Shown here: positions 6,329-16,758 of the stretch, piece after piece
Layout: each line of letters begins with the position of its first letter
How positions within the stretch are numbered: position 1 is the stretch's first letter
From: a virus
Taxonomy: Duplodnaviria > Caudoviricetes
DNA length: 29,679 nucleotides
Virus record (IMG/VR): IMGVR_UViG_3300020043_006205
Coordinates: 1 to 29,679 of that record
Strand: one strand, 5' to 3'
Program-made: the position numbers and the translations under genes
The notes under the pieces: model-generated
Database searches by the model: none
What the model was told of the DNA's origin: nothing
Seen by the model: only the letters and a program-made list of their open reading frames with translations

Positions 6329-7231
6329 TTACGCGGCCTTGACCCCATAAATTTTGATTTTGCCCGAAGCGATGTTGCCTGAAAATTTCAATTGAACTGC
6401 GTTTACTGCCGAACTAGAAAGCCTGAACCCGTAACCAAGCTGGCCAAATCTTGGATTTGTGTTTCCGAAAGTGATGTCAAAATCCACGCTCGTTTGGGCG
6501 CTTGCCGAAGGGTTAAGAATCCGTATTGTTCCAGAAATGCCTTTGTTCGCAGAGTTCCCTGTTACGCCAGCAATTAAAATAGACGAGTCCGCAGAAGACC
6601 CCACTTGACCTATTATCGGAGATGATCCAGGCACCATATACTGGTAAACCCAGCTATAATCAGAACCACCAGAATCGTAACTAGAACCGTTGTTCGAGCT
6701 AGTTCTGAGTATGAGTCCGTCCCCATCAGTTACAGGGAGCACGTTTTCCAAATATATGTCGTAAGCTTGGAAAGAACTCGATAGACCAGTGAAGACCACT
6801 GAGCCCCGATTGACTGGTGTTTCAGTCGCAATCCATGTGTAAGATCCCCCTGTTCCTGTACAATTCGATAAATTCCCGGAAATAGGAGTCCCCAAAGCTG
6901 GAGCTACAAAAGTCTTATTTGTGAGGGTTTCGGCTCCCGCTAAAGTTGCCAAAGTTCCAGTTGTAGGAAGAGTAACATCTGTTGCGGCCGTTGATCTCAA
7001 AATGGTGTCAAACGCACCTGCGGCGGTGAACGCCTTGGCAATAGTTAAATCGCCGCCAAGGTTGATCGTTCTATTCGCGTCATTTGTGATTAAATTTAAG
7101 ATGCGATCAGCAGTCAGCGATTCGTTCGGCTTCAAATTCAAAGCGTACTGAGAAGCACTTTTTACTCGCAGTTGTGTTTGGTTGAAAAGCCCATCTAACT
7201 GCGTAGCTATATCAAACTTTGATTCGGACAT
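6329..7231 (-). CDS. Tail fibre / receptor-binding protein
   Basis: Fibre motif TLPTTGTLATLAGAETLTNKT; beta-rich C-terminal domain paralogous to that of 12092-13537. Confidence 0.75.
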   Translation of the reverse strand: MSESKFDIATQLDGLFNQTQLRVKSASQYALNLKPNESLTADRILNLITNDANRTINLGGDLTIAKAFTAAGAFDTILRSTAATDVTLPTTGTLATLAGAETLTNKTFVAPALGTPISGNLSNCTGTGGSYTWIATETPVNRGSVVFTGLSSSFQAYDIYLENVLPVTDGDGLILRTSSNNGSSYDSGGSDYSWVYQYMVPGSSPIIGQVGSSADSSILIAGVTGNSANKGISGTIRILNPSASAQTSVDFDITFGNTNPRFGQLGYGFRLSSSAVNAVQLKFSGNIASGKIKIYGVKAA

Positions 7232-7246
7232 AAAAAATTTTGTTGT

Positions 7247-7274
7247 GTGAGGGCCGGAGTAAACCGACCCCCAC
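7247..7274 (-). other. 11-bp intergenic RNA hairpin (stabiliser or attenuator)
   Basis: GTGGGGGTCGG/CCGGCCCTCAC pairs fully (with G-U) only on the minus-strand RNA; no adjacent U tract. Confidence 0.55.
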
Positions 7275-7301
7275 TTTTTGTTTACGAGTTAATGCCTAAA
7301 A

Positions 7302-8681
7302 CTAAGCAGCAACCATACCGTAAGCAGTGATTCCACTACGAGCAGAAGCGAGGGTGATCGCAGTACCAGATTTAGTGTAATCGTTGCCAGCACCAGCTTG
7401 CAGAACTTGACCGTTTGAGCACAAAATCAATGCGCCAACAACGTCACTAGTAAGGGTGTAGCTAGTTCCTGAACCAGAAATAGAAACTTGAGTGAAAGTT
7501 GCAGCAGCAGGAATTGCAGCAATTGCGTCACTTACAACTTTTTCTGAAGGAATAGTTGTTTCGCTAGAGCCAAGAGTTGCGCTTGGGTTGAAATCTAACA
7601 ATTCAGCAGTGCCTGAGCCAGAGAAGTTGATGATTTTGTTGTCAGCAGAAGTCAAACCAGCAATCGCAGCTAGGTTTGCGTTGTAAGCTTGAACGTCTGT
7701 TCCAATAGCCAATCCCAAGTTAGTTCTTGCTGTAGCATAGTCAGTAGAACCAAGCAACGAAATCATGTTTGCTGATGTCGTAATTTCCTCAGCCGAACCA
7801 GCTCCAGATGATGTGCGGCCTAAAATTCTGTATTGAGCAGAGATATTTTGGATTTTAGCGTAAGTGATGCTCGCATCTTTTACTGAAATTACGAAAGAAG
7901 TAATGTCGATTGTGTCGCTTCCTGTGTAAGTTCCGGTTGTAGTGACAACGAAAGTCAAATCAGTAGTTCCGAGAACGATTGGGTTTACAGTCACCAATGT
8001 CGCACGTTGACCAGCAGAGCTTCCGCCAATGACGTAAGTGGTCATGCCGTAAGTCACTTTTGCGCTAGTGTCGGCGTCAGTAGAGCGAGAAGCAGCACCA
8101 GAGGCAACTACAACGTAAATGCCATTTTGAGAAGCATCAGTTTGTCCAACCAATAGAACGCGATCACCAGTTGCTACAACGTAGCCGCCGATTGTTGCGC
8201 CATTCACAAGAGCGCTTGAAATGTTGATGTTTGTAGAGGCAACAGTTACTACTGGGTCTTTTGCGTCAGTATTTAGAACAGCAGCATCAACATAAGCTTT
8301 AACAGCAGCTTGTGATGAAACAGTTGAGTCGCTAGTTCCTAGAGCTGCACTTGTTGAAAAATCAAGCAATGCGGCAGTTTCTGAATCAGTGAAATAAGGA
8401 ATCTTATTTGCGGCAGAAGTAAGTCCAGCCAAAGCAGACAAATTAGCGCTGTAAGCTTGGACGTTAGTTCCAATAGCTAGGCCAAGGTTTGTTCTTGCTG
8501 CTGAATAGTCTGCTGATTGCAAAAGTGAGAACATGTTAGCAGAAGAGCTAAGTTCTTCAGCCGAGCCAGCACCTGAAGAAGTTCTAGATAAAATTTTGTA
8601 TTGGCCAGAGATATTTTGGAGTATACCAAAGGTTACGGAGCCGAGGCCGTAGTTTTCGGTTTGAAATAAAGTAGCACTCAT
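7302..8681 (-). CDS. Tail fibre-like virion protein with an internal duplication
   Basis: ARTNLGLAIGTNVQAY repeats and a GDRVLLVGQTDASQNGIYVV domain. Confidence 0.8.
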   Translation of the reverse strand: MSATLFQTENYGLGSVTFGILQNISGQYKILSRTSSGAGSAEELSSSANMFSLLQSADYSAARTNLGLAIGTNVQAYSANLSALAGLTSAANKIPYFTDSETAALLDFSTSAALGTSDSTVSSQAAVKAYVDAAVLNTDAKDPVVTVASTNINISSALVNGATIGGYVVATGDRVLLVGQTDASQNGIYVVVASGAASRSTDADTSAKVTYGMTTYVIGGSSAGQRATLVTVNPIVLGTTDLTFVVTTTGTYTGSDTIDITSFVISVKDASITYAKIQNISAQYRILGRTSSGAGSAEEITTSANMISLLGSTDYATARTNLGLAIGTDVQAYNANLAAIAGLTSADNKIINFSGSGTAELLDFNPSATLGSSETTIPSEKVVSDAIAAIPAAATFTQVSISGSGTSYTLTSDVVGALILCSNGQVLQAGAGNDYTKSGTAITLASARSGITAYGMVAA

Positions 8682-8684
8682 AAA

Positions 8685-9353
8685 TTATAGATGATTGTAT
8701 TTGATTAATAAATTATCCTCAGCGACTGGGGCGATGAGGAAGGTGATACCTACTCCACTAGACGTGTAGTCGATATTTTCAGTTAAGGCTTGACCACTTT
8801 TGAACAATAACGCTGTCCCAGAAATTGGAGCAAAGCTAATTGTAAAATTAGTGTTTTCGCCATTCTTAATTCCAGCCGGAACTTCTATTTTGCTTGCGCT
8901 AGGAGCGGCCGGAGTTGAACTTCTATAGCTGTAATAAAAAAGTAAATTGGTTGCCTCTGTTGGAGCAGCAACATCAGAAGTAAGTGTAATCGTTGTGCCG
9001 CTTATCGTATAATCAATTCCCTCGGTCAAAGCTTGCCCAGCCCTAAAACAAAGCAGAGTATCTGGAAGTGGAGTTTCAGAAATTTCAAATATCCTATTAA
9101 CGCCGTCCTTATCTCCCGTAGGAATTTCGGCAATAGTTGCTGTGGAATTATTCGAGTTTCCGTTAGTGGCCCATTCTTGATTGGATACGTTCCAGATATA
9201 AACAGCATTTTCATCTTCAACAATCGTCCACCAATTTTCAGCACCCACAGGGATTGCAGCATTTAGCGCTGCTTGATCGCTAAAATATCCTTTGTAGTAA
9301 GACGCTGGAGTCACCCTAGAAAGACCCTGAGACTGTCTTGATAGTCCATCCAT
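8685..9353 (-). CDS. Virion protein with two tandem small beta domains
   Basis: Repeated GQALTExIDYT...TIT module, also at the C terminus of 7302-8681. Confidence 0.7.
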   Translation of the reverse strand: MDGLSRQSQGLSRVTPASYYKGYFSDQAALNAAIPVGAENWWTIVEDENAVYIWNVSNQEWATNGNSNNSTATIAEIPTGDKDGVNRIFEISETPLPDTLLCFRAGQALTEGIDYTISGTTITLTSDVAAPTEATNLLFYYSYRSSTPAAPSASKIEVPAGIKNGENTNFTISFAPISGTALLFKSGQALTENIDYTSSGVGITFLIAPVAEDNLLIKYNHL

Positions 9354-9434
9354 AGTAAGTAAATGTTTTTTGCATCATCTTTTTACATTTACTCACTAAA
9401 TTGATGATTCGTTAATTGATGAAAAGGTCAAGAA

Positions 9435-9740
9435 CTATTTTAGTTCCTGATACATATTTTGAAAAAAGTTGTTCCAATTTTTGCCTAATTTTTCCTGAGC
9501 CGAAGGAATGCCAAACGTTGCCCCTGTTGTTTTATAGATTTTTTCGAAAAATGAGAACCACACCGAATTAATTTCCTCATTGCTATTAACTAGTGGCTGA
9601 AGCACACTAGGCAACCCAATGTCGGTGGAAAAATCTGTTTTAATCGTTGTTTTTATTTGTTGAAAAAAGCTATTCCATTCAGGCTTTACCGATCTGTTTT
9701 CTTCTATGACTGGCTGCTGAGAATTTGGTAAATTAATCAT
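9435..9740 (-). CDS. Small tail protein at the P22 gp26 (plug/needle) position, three internal repeats
   Basis: ATG 9740 overlaps the gp10-like stop; the LP...W.SFF motif occurs three times. Confidence 0.6.
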   Translation of the reverse strand: MINLPNSQQPVIEENRSVKPEWNSFFQQIKTTIKTDFSTDIGLPSVLQPLVNSNEEINSVWFSFFEKIYKTTGATFGIPSAQEKLGKNWNNFFQNMYQELK

Positions 9741-11154
9741 CTTCTGATTCAACCTCAACAAAAGCGCCGACAATACGGAATTTAGTTGGCTCGCTGTAAT
9801 TCAACCTAGCAATAAAAGACCGGGCTTTGCCGCAAGGCTTTGTCCAAAACACTTCTGTCAAAAAAGAACCCTCAGCGCCAACTGGTTGCCATGATTCGGT
9901 AGTGTAGGTTTTTGCGCCATCGTCAGAAAATCTTCCTATTAATTGGGGATTTGAACCTTGTCCGCTTGCAATGCCAATGCCAGTGTCCATCATTACAACA
10001 AATTTATTTACAGCTATTCTTGCGAAATTCTTAAACATCGTTGTTCCGATAATCTCCCTTTTAATTACTGTTTCATTCTCGGTGTAAACGTTCGGGTCAA
10101 TTTCGTAAATAATCCCAGTTTGAAAATCTCCAACCAAGTTTTTACCAGAAAAATAAGCATGGCAATTAGCTCTCCATCTTCCATCTTTTCCTTGGTTATC
10201 AATACTTTCTCTTTCGTGCCAGAGCTCAGTTGTAATATCATATTCCCAAGTTTTATTTGCAGTTGGGAAGGTTAGGCAATAAAACTTGTGCCCGTCCTGT
10301 ACATAGGTAAAACCAATTGCATTGTCAATTTTTGTGTAATTCTGTATTTCCTGTGAAACTGCAAAAGTGGAAATCGGTTTTAACTGATAGCCAATTGTTT
10401 GATAAATTATACCATCATTTCCCAAAAAGAAAAAAGAGTTGTCCATTGTGGCAACTGAGTATTTTGAGGCGCATCCTTTTTCAATATAAACCCCCTCCTT
10501 TCTTTGGAATAATGGCTCTCCTGATCCAGTGTTATAATATACCTGTGTGATATTTTCTTTAAAAAACCACAGCTCTAAATTATTTTGGTAAACCCTCATT
10601 ATTTTAGAAGAGTTAGCCTCAACCGTAGCAGCGTTTAACGCGTTCCATAATTCAGTATGGTTCACATCTGACCATTGAAATTCGTTGCTATTTAAAAGGG
10701 CTGATACTGTGAAACCGTCTAGAGTCGTGACCGAACCAGAGTCACTAAATGCGTCATCATTAATTTGCGTTAAAGAATTTTCTTCCGCAGTGCAATAATA
10801 AGTAACGCCATTTGGCAATTGAATCGTGATTTGCTCCCCGTTGTCGGTCATTATCACGTTGCCAATTTCAGTGCTGATTTCTCCTAAGAACGTTACTGTT
10901 TTTGAGGAATTTATTTTGTAAACTTTATTTCCGACAACGACAAATAAGTTGTCACCCATTACGCGCATTCCATATACCGGCAAAGAAACATCGGTGTTTT
11001 TCCAAACACTTAATCCCGCAGTTTCTATGACCATGTTAGGAAATGGACTTGTCTGAGGAGTTATTTCAGCAAAACAATTTAACATCCTTTCCGCCGAGAT
11101 TAAGCCACTTTTTGCTTTGTAGGAATTTACCCCAAAATGGATTTGCTGAAGCAT
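9733..11154 (-). CDS. P22 gp10-like tail hub / packaged-DNA stabilisation protein
   Basis: 473 aa, beta-rich; YVQDGHKFYCLTFPTANKTWEYD...WHER motif. Confidence 0.9.
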   Translation of the reverse strand: MLQQIHFGVNSYKAKSGLISAERMLNCFAEITPQTSPFPNMVIETAGLSVWKNTDVSLPVYGMRVMGDNLFVVVGNKVYKINSSKTVTFLGEISTEIGNVIMTDNGEQITIQLPNGVTYYCTAEENSLTQINDDAFSDSGSVTTLDGFTVSALLNSNEFQWSDVNHTELWNALNAATVEANSSKIMRVYQNNLELWFFKENITQVYYNTGSGEPLFQRKEGVYIEKGCASKYSVATMDNSFFFLGNDGIIYQTIGYQLKPISTFAVSQEIQNYTKIDNAIGFTYVQDGHKFYCLTFPTANKTWEYDITTELWHERESIDNQGKDGRWRANCHAYFSGKNLVGDFQTGIIYEIDPNVYTENETVIKREIIGTTMFKNFARIAVNKFVVMMDTGIGIASGQGSNPQLIGRFSDDGAKTYTTESWQPVGAEGSFLTEVFWTKPCGKARSFIARLNYSEPTKFRIVGAFVEVESEDD

Positions 11155-12092
11155 TACTGGTACAGGTTATAGGTTGGGACAAAATAAACTGAGTCTTCCC
11201 TATCATAACCTTTTAGATTGCGCAGCATCTCATCAGCGGTTCTTTTGATTAACTCGGCTTTTGTTTTGTCGATTCCATAATCGTAAACCATACGAGAAGC
11301 TAGACCGAAAGCCAAAGTTTCTGCCCATTCAATCGGAAAATCAGGATTATCGTTTCCATTATCGAAATCAAAAAACATTTTTTGGAATGTAAATTTTATC
11401 GTGTTTGTCGCATCGTCTGGAGCCTGATATAAATATAGAGCTCCATAGGTTAGCTGCTTATCGTAATAATACTGTGTCGGCTGTCCAGCTACAGTTTTTT
11501 GAGCCAAATTAAAATAATCACTTCTTGCAAGTTCATTCAAAGGTGTGTCATAGCCAGAAGAGTCTCTTCTTCTTGCTGATGTAATTTCTTCAGGGCGAAT
11601 AATTTTGGTTTGATAGCAGAAGACAGGTGCTCCGCTTAAAACATCGTCATTTAAAGCATCATCTAGATTTATTGTTGACCCAGCAACACTGGCGACAGTT
11701 GTCCAGAAAATATCGCCATCATTTTTCAGCGCGCCAACAAAATAACCAGCAACAAAGTTAGAGGAACTTGTCACTACAATTGCTGCTGCCCCACTAGAAG
11801 CGACTGAGCTTGTAGTTGTTTGCACAAAAGACTCAGTTGCGTTTGCGGTTGAGCCGTCCATTTTGTAAGATTCTTGACCAACCTTTAAAAATAAAGTTCC
11901 TTCAGCATATTTCCAAAGATAAACACCTTCACTTTTCAAGCCTTTTACAAACAGGTTTAAAGCATCAGAGGCCTCGTTTACTTCTTCTGCCGTCAAAGCT
12001 CTTCCGCGAGTTTTAACGCCCAGAATAGACAAAGCTCTATTGATTATGTCATTTCTTGTTCGTGAGAACGTATTTGTGCCGCTGACTGCCAT
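11154..12092 (-). CDS. Head-tail adaptor (P22 gp4-like) with an inserted beta-rich segment
   Basis: DIINRALSILGV N terminus; DFPIEWAETLAFGLASR C terminus; adjacent to the gp10-like gene. Confidence 0.8.
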   Translation of the reverse strand: MAVSGTNTFSRTRNDIINRALSILGVKTRGRALTAEEVNEASDALNLFVKGLKSEGVYLWKYAEGTLFLKVGQESYKMDGSTANATESFVQTTTSSVASSGAAAIVVTSSSNFVAGYFVGALKNDGDIFWTTVASVAGSTINLDDALNDDVLSGAPVFCYQTKIIRPEEITSARRRDSSGYDTPLNELARSDYFNLAQKTVAGQPTQYYYDKQLTYGALYLYQAPDDATNTIKFTFQKMFFDFDNGNDNPDFPIEWAETLAFGLASRMVYDYGIDKTKAELIKRTADEMLRNLKGYDREDSVYFVPTYNLYQ

Positions 12093-13537
12093 TATTTAAT
12101 CCCAACAAGTTGAAGTTTACCAGACATAGTAGCTCCAAGGAAAAAAATTTTTATTCCACTTATACTAAGAGCTGTACTATTTCTCTGTTTTGTCCACCCA
12201 CCACCATAAGCCCCTCCGCTAACAGACCAAGATAAATCCGAGTAAACGTGTTTATTTGCCGAACTATTTGGATTAAGCAATTTTATTACTCCCGTAATTC
12301 CATTACTGCTACCGCTTTGTACAAATTGAGATGAGGAACTATTGTAAGAAATTTCAAGCAAAGAGGTTGAAGCGGCTTTTGCACTTTCAGAAATTCCATC
12401 AACAATAAAGGAGGAGACGCCCCTATAACCTGAAGATAAAAATGTCGCCCCATTATCAACACTAAGAAGCGCTTGCAACGGAGCATTTGTAGAAGGTACG
12501 GCATCGGTTATTCTTATCTCATAACTAGAGAATATGCTATTGATATTATTAGAAAAAATTACCTCTCCAACAGAAGAAACTATTTTGGTTTCGAGTATTC
12601 TTATTGGCTCTGCATCAGAATAATTAAAGTATTGAACAATCCAATTTGTTCCATTGTATCTAAGGCAAGCAACATCGTTTGTATTTCCTAGAGTAATGTT
12701 TAACCCAGTTGGATTAACGATATTTCCAACTCCACTTCTGATTGTTATATCTCTAGAATTGTTGGCGATGTTAAGCAAAATAATTTGACCATCTTGACCC
12801 GCACTTATTGTATCTAAATCATCAGTTGAGGCGCTTCCTTCGGTATCTAAAACATAAGAACTTGAGTTGTTAGTCAACGTGACAGTTCCCGTAGCAATAG
12901 TTAGGGCAGTCGCAGAACCAGAGAGAATTGGTAGTGAAGATGGATTTAAGCAAATGATATCAACGCCATCATTAACGCAGAAATAGCGCTGCCCAGCTCT
13001 CAAATCGTTTGCTTTCATTGCAACTTTTGTGCCTTGTTGTGTGTATTTTTTCCAAGAAAGCGCAGATAACCCACTAACCGCCAATGTTGGATTATCACCA
13101 CAATCAAGATGTGGTTGAATTACAAAAGTTTGAACGTTGTCGTAAGAAGGGATCGGGGGATTGGCAAGTAGCGTATAGGCTATTGACGTTCCGCCAGTTA
13201 GCCCCCAATAAGAAGTTGGGCGGACGTCAAAATCATTTAAAGAAACGGCAGAAGCTGTTGTTCCAACTGGGTCAGCGCTGGCTCCTTCTATAACATTTCC
13301 GTTCTGATCTTTTACGACAAGTTTTAGTTGCGAGAGGTCTGAATAATAGATTTTTGGAAAACGACCATTTGAATCAGAAACGACCGGGTTTGTATTCGCA
13401 ATAGTTAGAGCTTCGTTCTGGTATGTTGTGACAGGTGTTGTTGTGCCCGTTGCATAAAAATAGTATTTGTAGCCAACGCCAACTAAGCCAGCATTGGTAA
13501 AAATTCTTGCTATTGGATCAATGAATAACTGTGCCAT
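12092..13537 (-). CDS. Tail spike/fibre with an N-terminal head-binding domain
   Basis: YFYATGTTTPVTTY...NTNPVVSDSNGR motif of podovirus head-binding domains. Confidence 0.8.
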   Translation of the reverse strand: MAQLFIDPIARIFTNAGLVGVGYKYYFYATGTTTPVTTYQNEALTIANTNPVVSDSNGRFPKIYYSDLSQLKLVVKDQNGNVIEGASADPVGTTASAVSLNDFDVRPTSYWGLTGGTSIAYTLLANPPIPSYDNVQTFVIQPHLDCGDNPTLAVSGLSALSWKKYTQQGTKVAMKANDLRAGQRYFCVNDGVDIICLNPSSLPILSGSATALTIATGTVTLTNNSSSYVLDTEGSASTDDLDTISAGQDGQIILLNIANNSRDITIRSGVGNIVNPTGLNITLGNTNDVACLRYNGTNWIVQYFNYSDAEPIRILETKIVSSVGEVIFSNNINSIFSSYEIRITDAVPSTNAPLQALLSVDNGATFLSSGYRGVSSFIVDGISESAKAASTSLLEISYNSSSSQFVQSGSSNGITGVIKLLNPNSSANKHVYSDLSWSVSGGAYGGGWTKQRNSTALSISGIKIFFLGATMSGKLQLVGIK

Positions 13538-13538
13538 A

Positions 13539-15620
13539 CTATTTTTTTAAATATCGTTTTTTGTATTGTTCTGTTTCTTGCTCTATGTCAATTCCTTCCA
13601 TTAAAGCGGGCAGTTCTTTCTTTTGCTTTTCTAAAGTCTGAAGGAAATTTTCTTCTGAAGGTGAATCAGATGCTTCAGCATCGCCCACTCCGAAATTTGC
13701 AACAAAATTTAGAACATCTTCCCTAATTTCAGGATTAGCCGCCGCAATTGTTGATAGTCTATTAAGCTGCTTAGGTAGTTCTTTCGGGGTTGATTGAGAG
13801 GCAATCGCAAGCCAATTGATAAATTTAGGATTTACCATTAAATTTGCCGTAATTCTTCCGCCCCCAATTGCTGGAATAAGTCCAGCGCCACCAGTCGAAA
13901 CACCAAGACTTGTTAGGCCTATTGCTTGCATTAGTTGGTTTTTCTTTCCTGCTTGCTCAGTGTTTCTAGTTAGTTCAACAACTTTATTTAAGCGATTAAA
14001 AGCGGTAACTTGTTCAGGCGTAAAAATCGCCTTCTCTGTACCGTTCTTTTTCAAAACAGAATATTCGGCCATAAATTTTTGAGGATCAAATATGTTTGCC
14101 TCTGCGCCTTGAGAGCCTTTTTGCGCTAAGCCTAATTCTTTTACCAAAGTTGATCTGATAAAATCTTTCTGCGGATCATTTAAAGAGCGCATTATCTGAC
14201 CAATTCTTGTTCCACCAATTTTTGATTGTTGAGTTGCATATTTGTAAACTTCTTCAGGAGTACCCTTATCCAAGAGAGGCTGAATGTTTTCTTGAATAAA
14301 TCTAGTTCTCAATCGGTGTGAAGTATTTGCTTTTTCCCATGCCTGCAAGGCGCTCTCTTTGCCAATTTTGTCAAGATCAGAGCGCTGAATGTTTGTTTTA
14401 ATATCTTGAGTTAGGCCAGAGTAAATTTTATTCAAAGCTGACCTTTCTTGAGGTTCTAGTTTACCCTGCAAAGCAGTGCCAACCTCACTTCTTAACGCTG
14501 TTAAACTATCATAAGGAACTTGTTTACCTTGAGCGATATTGTTCTGAATATCGGTAATGAATTTATTATAACCAGCAACCTTCCCGCCACTTACGGAGCT
14601 AGTAATTTGAACTTTGCGATCTTGTAGTGCCTTAAAAGTATTGTCCATTGAAACAGGGGTCTCGGCCGGAATAAATTCATCAACTTTTCCATAAAGCTGT
14701 TTGTCTCTTAGCTTTGATTTCTCAATGATATTTTCAGCGCCTTTTAGGATTTCTTTGCCAGCTTGTGTGTAAGTCCCGCCATCTGATTTGACCACTCCCT
14801 GAATTTGGCTCGAAATGTCATTTATTTGTTTTTGCAAAGCTTCTGTGATTGGCTTTCCAGCTAAAGGCACATCTTTGATAAAGTTTTGTAAACCAGCAGA
14901 TTTAGAAACATCAGCAAGGGTTGGTTCGATTCCCAACTCCTGAAATGTTTTTACAGCTTCTGGATTTATTCCGGTTACTTTTTGTAGGCCTTTTTTAGCT
15001 AAATTTGATATTGCGGGAACGGCTTTTTGAAGAGCCGGAATAGTTTTTTGAACCGCACCGCCAACTACTCCGCCGCCAACTACTCCCTTTGCAACATCTT
15101 CTAAAGTTTGAGGAATGTTTGTTAAATCTTCAGTTTCACCTAAAGCACTCGCTCCACCCAGAGCCGCACCGCCTCCTATAGCAGTTTTTAGACCTTGTCC
15201 ACCCAATCCAATAGCATTAAGACCTTTTCCTGCAACGCCAATGTCAGAAAAAACCTGCCCTGCAAAAGAAGTAAGGGGGCGATCTTGCCTAGCTTTTTCT
15301 AATTTAGCTCTTTCAGTTGTTCTTGCTTCTCTGTATAAATCGCCGATATCAATGTCTTTGGTAGCAGCTCCACCGAACAATTTAGCGACTCCGGCGGCAA
15401 TCCCGGCTTTTATTTCATCACCAAAACCCAGTGGGTTAGTTGCAGTTGTAAGAGCGGCTTCACCAACTGACATTTTAGGAGTCAACCATTCCTCGTTACC
15501 AGTAAGAAATCCAGAACCTACAAGTTTTTGTTCTATTTGTTGCTTAGATATTCCTTCTGGGATATTTTTCACAATTCTTCCATCAGGAAGTCTTAAATCC
15601 GGCATTACAAATCCCCCCAA
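13539..15620 (-). CDS. Putative DNA ejection protein (P22 gp16 position)
   Basis: Large helical protein with Gly/Ala-rich hydrophobic stretches; third of three such genes. Confidence 0.7.
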   Translation of the reverse strand: MGGFVMPDLRLPDGRIVKNIPEGISKQQIEQKLVGSGFLTGNEEWLTPKMSVGEAALTTATNPLGFGDEIKAGIAAGVAKLFGGAATKDIDIGDLYREARTTERAKLEKARQDRPLTSFAGQVFSDIGVAGKGLNAIGLGGQGLKTAIGGGAALGGASALGETEDLTNIPQTLEDVAKGVVGGGVVGGAVQKTIPALQKAVPAISNLAKKGLQKVTGINPEAVKTFQELGIEPTLADVSKSAGLQNFIKDVPLAGKPITEALQKQINDISSQIQGVVKSDGGTYTQAGKEILKGAENIIEKSKLRDKQLYGKVDEFIPAETPVSMDNTFKALQDRKVQITSSVSGGKVAGYNKFITDIQNNIAQGKQVPYDSLTALRSEVGTALQGKLEPQERSALNKIYSGLTQDIKTNIQRSDLDKIGKESALQAWEKANTSHRLRTRFIQENIQPLLDKGTPEEVYKYATQQSKIGGTRIGQIMRSLNDPQKDFIRSTLVKELGLAQKGSQGAEANIFDPQKFMAEYSVLKKNGTEKAIFTPEQVTAFNRLNKVVELTRNTEQAGKKNQLMQAIGLTSLGVSTGGAGLIPAIGGGRITANLMVNPKFINWLAIASQSTPKELPKQLNRLSTIAAANPEIREDVLNFVANFGVGDAEASDSPSEENFLQTLEKQKKELPALMEGIDIEQETEQYKKRYLKK

Positions 15621-16756
15621 TCAATAATGTTAGATTGATTTTGTGTTTGATCTTGCATATCTTGCATTTGAATTGGCTGCCCGTTGTGTCCCACGCCTTT
15701 TTTCATTCTTTCTAAGCCAAGTTTCATCACTCTTTGATATTCTCTAGCGGCTCGTTTAAATTCTTTTTCACTGGTTGAGATGTCCATTGACGAAGCTGCA
15801 TTTGTTGCGGTTGTGCCTTCTAAGTTTGACAAAGCGCCAAATCCTTGTAATTGAGCAATTGATTCCAAGAATTGTTTACCTTTAAGCTGGTTATATGCAG
15901 CCATAAAGCCGGAAGCATCCGTTCCTGGAATAAATCTATCAACCAAAGTGATATTCGTACCAACAGCAGCGTTAAAGCCAGGGTGTTTCAATAAATCATC
16001 AACTAATTGCACAGTGGTTTGAACATTTTGTTCTGCTTGAGGCAATTTAATCATTGTGTCGCCTCTAAACTCGCCTAATTTTTCTTGTTGTTTTTTAAAC
16101 GCTCCTAAAGTCAGTCCTTGCCCTCTTGCAGCTTGCCTTTCTTCTTCCGCTGACAATAGTTCGCCACGAGATTTCATAATGTCCAAAGCGCCTTTTTGTA
16201 GGTCTTGTCTGCCTTTCTGAATATCAACGCCAATTTTACCTTGTTGCAAACCTTCAGTTCTAATTTGCGCTGATTGGTATTGCTCTTTTAGGTCTTGCTC
16301 TTTGCCTTTTAGGCGAGAAGATAAGCGTTTAAATTCCAAAATTGCTTCTGGTGATTTTTCAGAAGGCAATGGAAGCTCTCGACCAGTTGCTTCTCTGTAC
16401 TCATCGTGCATTTGTTCCCATTTCTTTTGCGAAAAAGCATATTGAGGCATTGATGCGTATGAGTCCAAAACCCTAGCTCCTTGAATATCAGAAAATTCTT
16501 GTTGTTTTCTAACTCCATCCGCGCGAGTAGGATTATAGGCAGCCAATCTTCGCAAAGCATCTTGATCGCCAAGCGAGGCTTTTTGCGTTAAGATATTCTC
16601 AGCTTCAGCTTGAATTAATTTCTGCTTGTTAATATCCATATCTTGCTCAGCAGCAAGCAATTGGAGTTGGTTAGCTTTAATTTGCTGACCAGTCTGATAG
16701 CTTTTTAGGATATTTCCTATATAATCTGGGACTTGTTGCTGGATTAACTCTGGCAT
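15605..16756 (-). CDS. Putative DNA ejection protein (gp20 position)
   Basis: Gln-rich helical protein; LKGKQFL...GFGALSNLEG motif. Confidence 0.7.
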   Translation of the reverse strand: MPELIQQQVPDYIGNILKSYQTGQQIKANQLQLLAAEQDMDINKQKLIQAEAENILTQKASLGDQDALRRLAAYNPTRADGVRKQQEFSDIQGARVLDSYASMPQYAFSQKKWEQMHDEYREATGRELPLPSEKSPEAILEFKRLSSRLKGKEQDLKEQYQSAQIRTEGLQQGKIGVDIQKGRQDLQKGALDIMKSRGELLSAEEERQAARGQGLTLGAFKKQQEKLGEFRGDTMIKLPQAEQNVQTTVQLVDDLLKHPGFNAAVGTNITLVDRFIPGTDASGFMAAYNQLKGKQFLESIAQLQGFGALSNLEGTTATNAASSMDISTSEKEFKRAAREYQRVMKLGLERMKKGVGHNGQPIQMQDMQDQTQNQSNIIDWGDL

Positions 16757-16758
16757 TA

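Noticed and set aside
6329-13537. Diversity-generating retroelement acting on the fibre tips
   Set aside because: No reverse transcriptase and no near-identical TR/VR pair seen in the window
15115-15627. 170-aa Pro/Ala-rich plus-strand ORF and the other antisense or nested track ORFs in the late block
   Set aside because: Shadow frames of well-supported minus-strand genes
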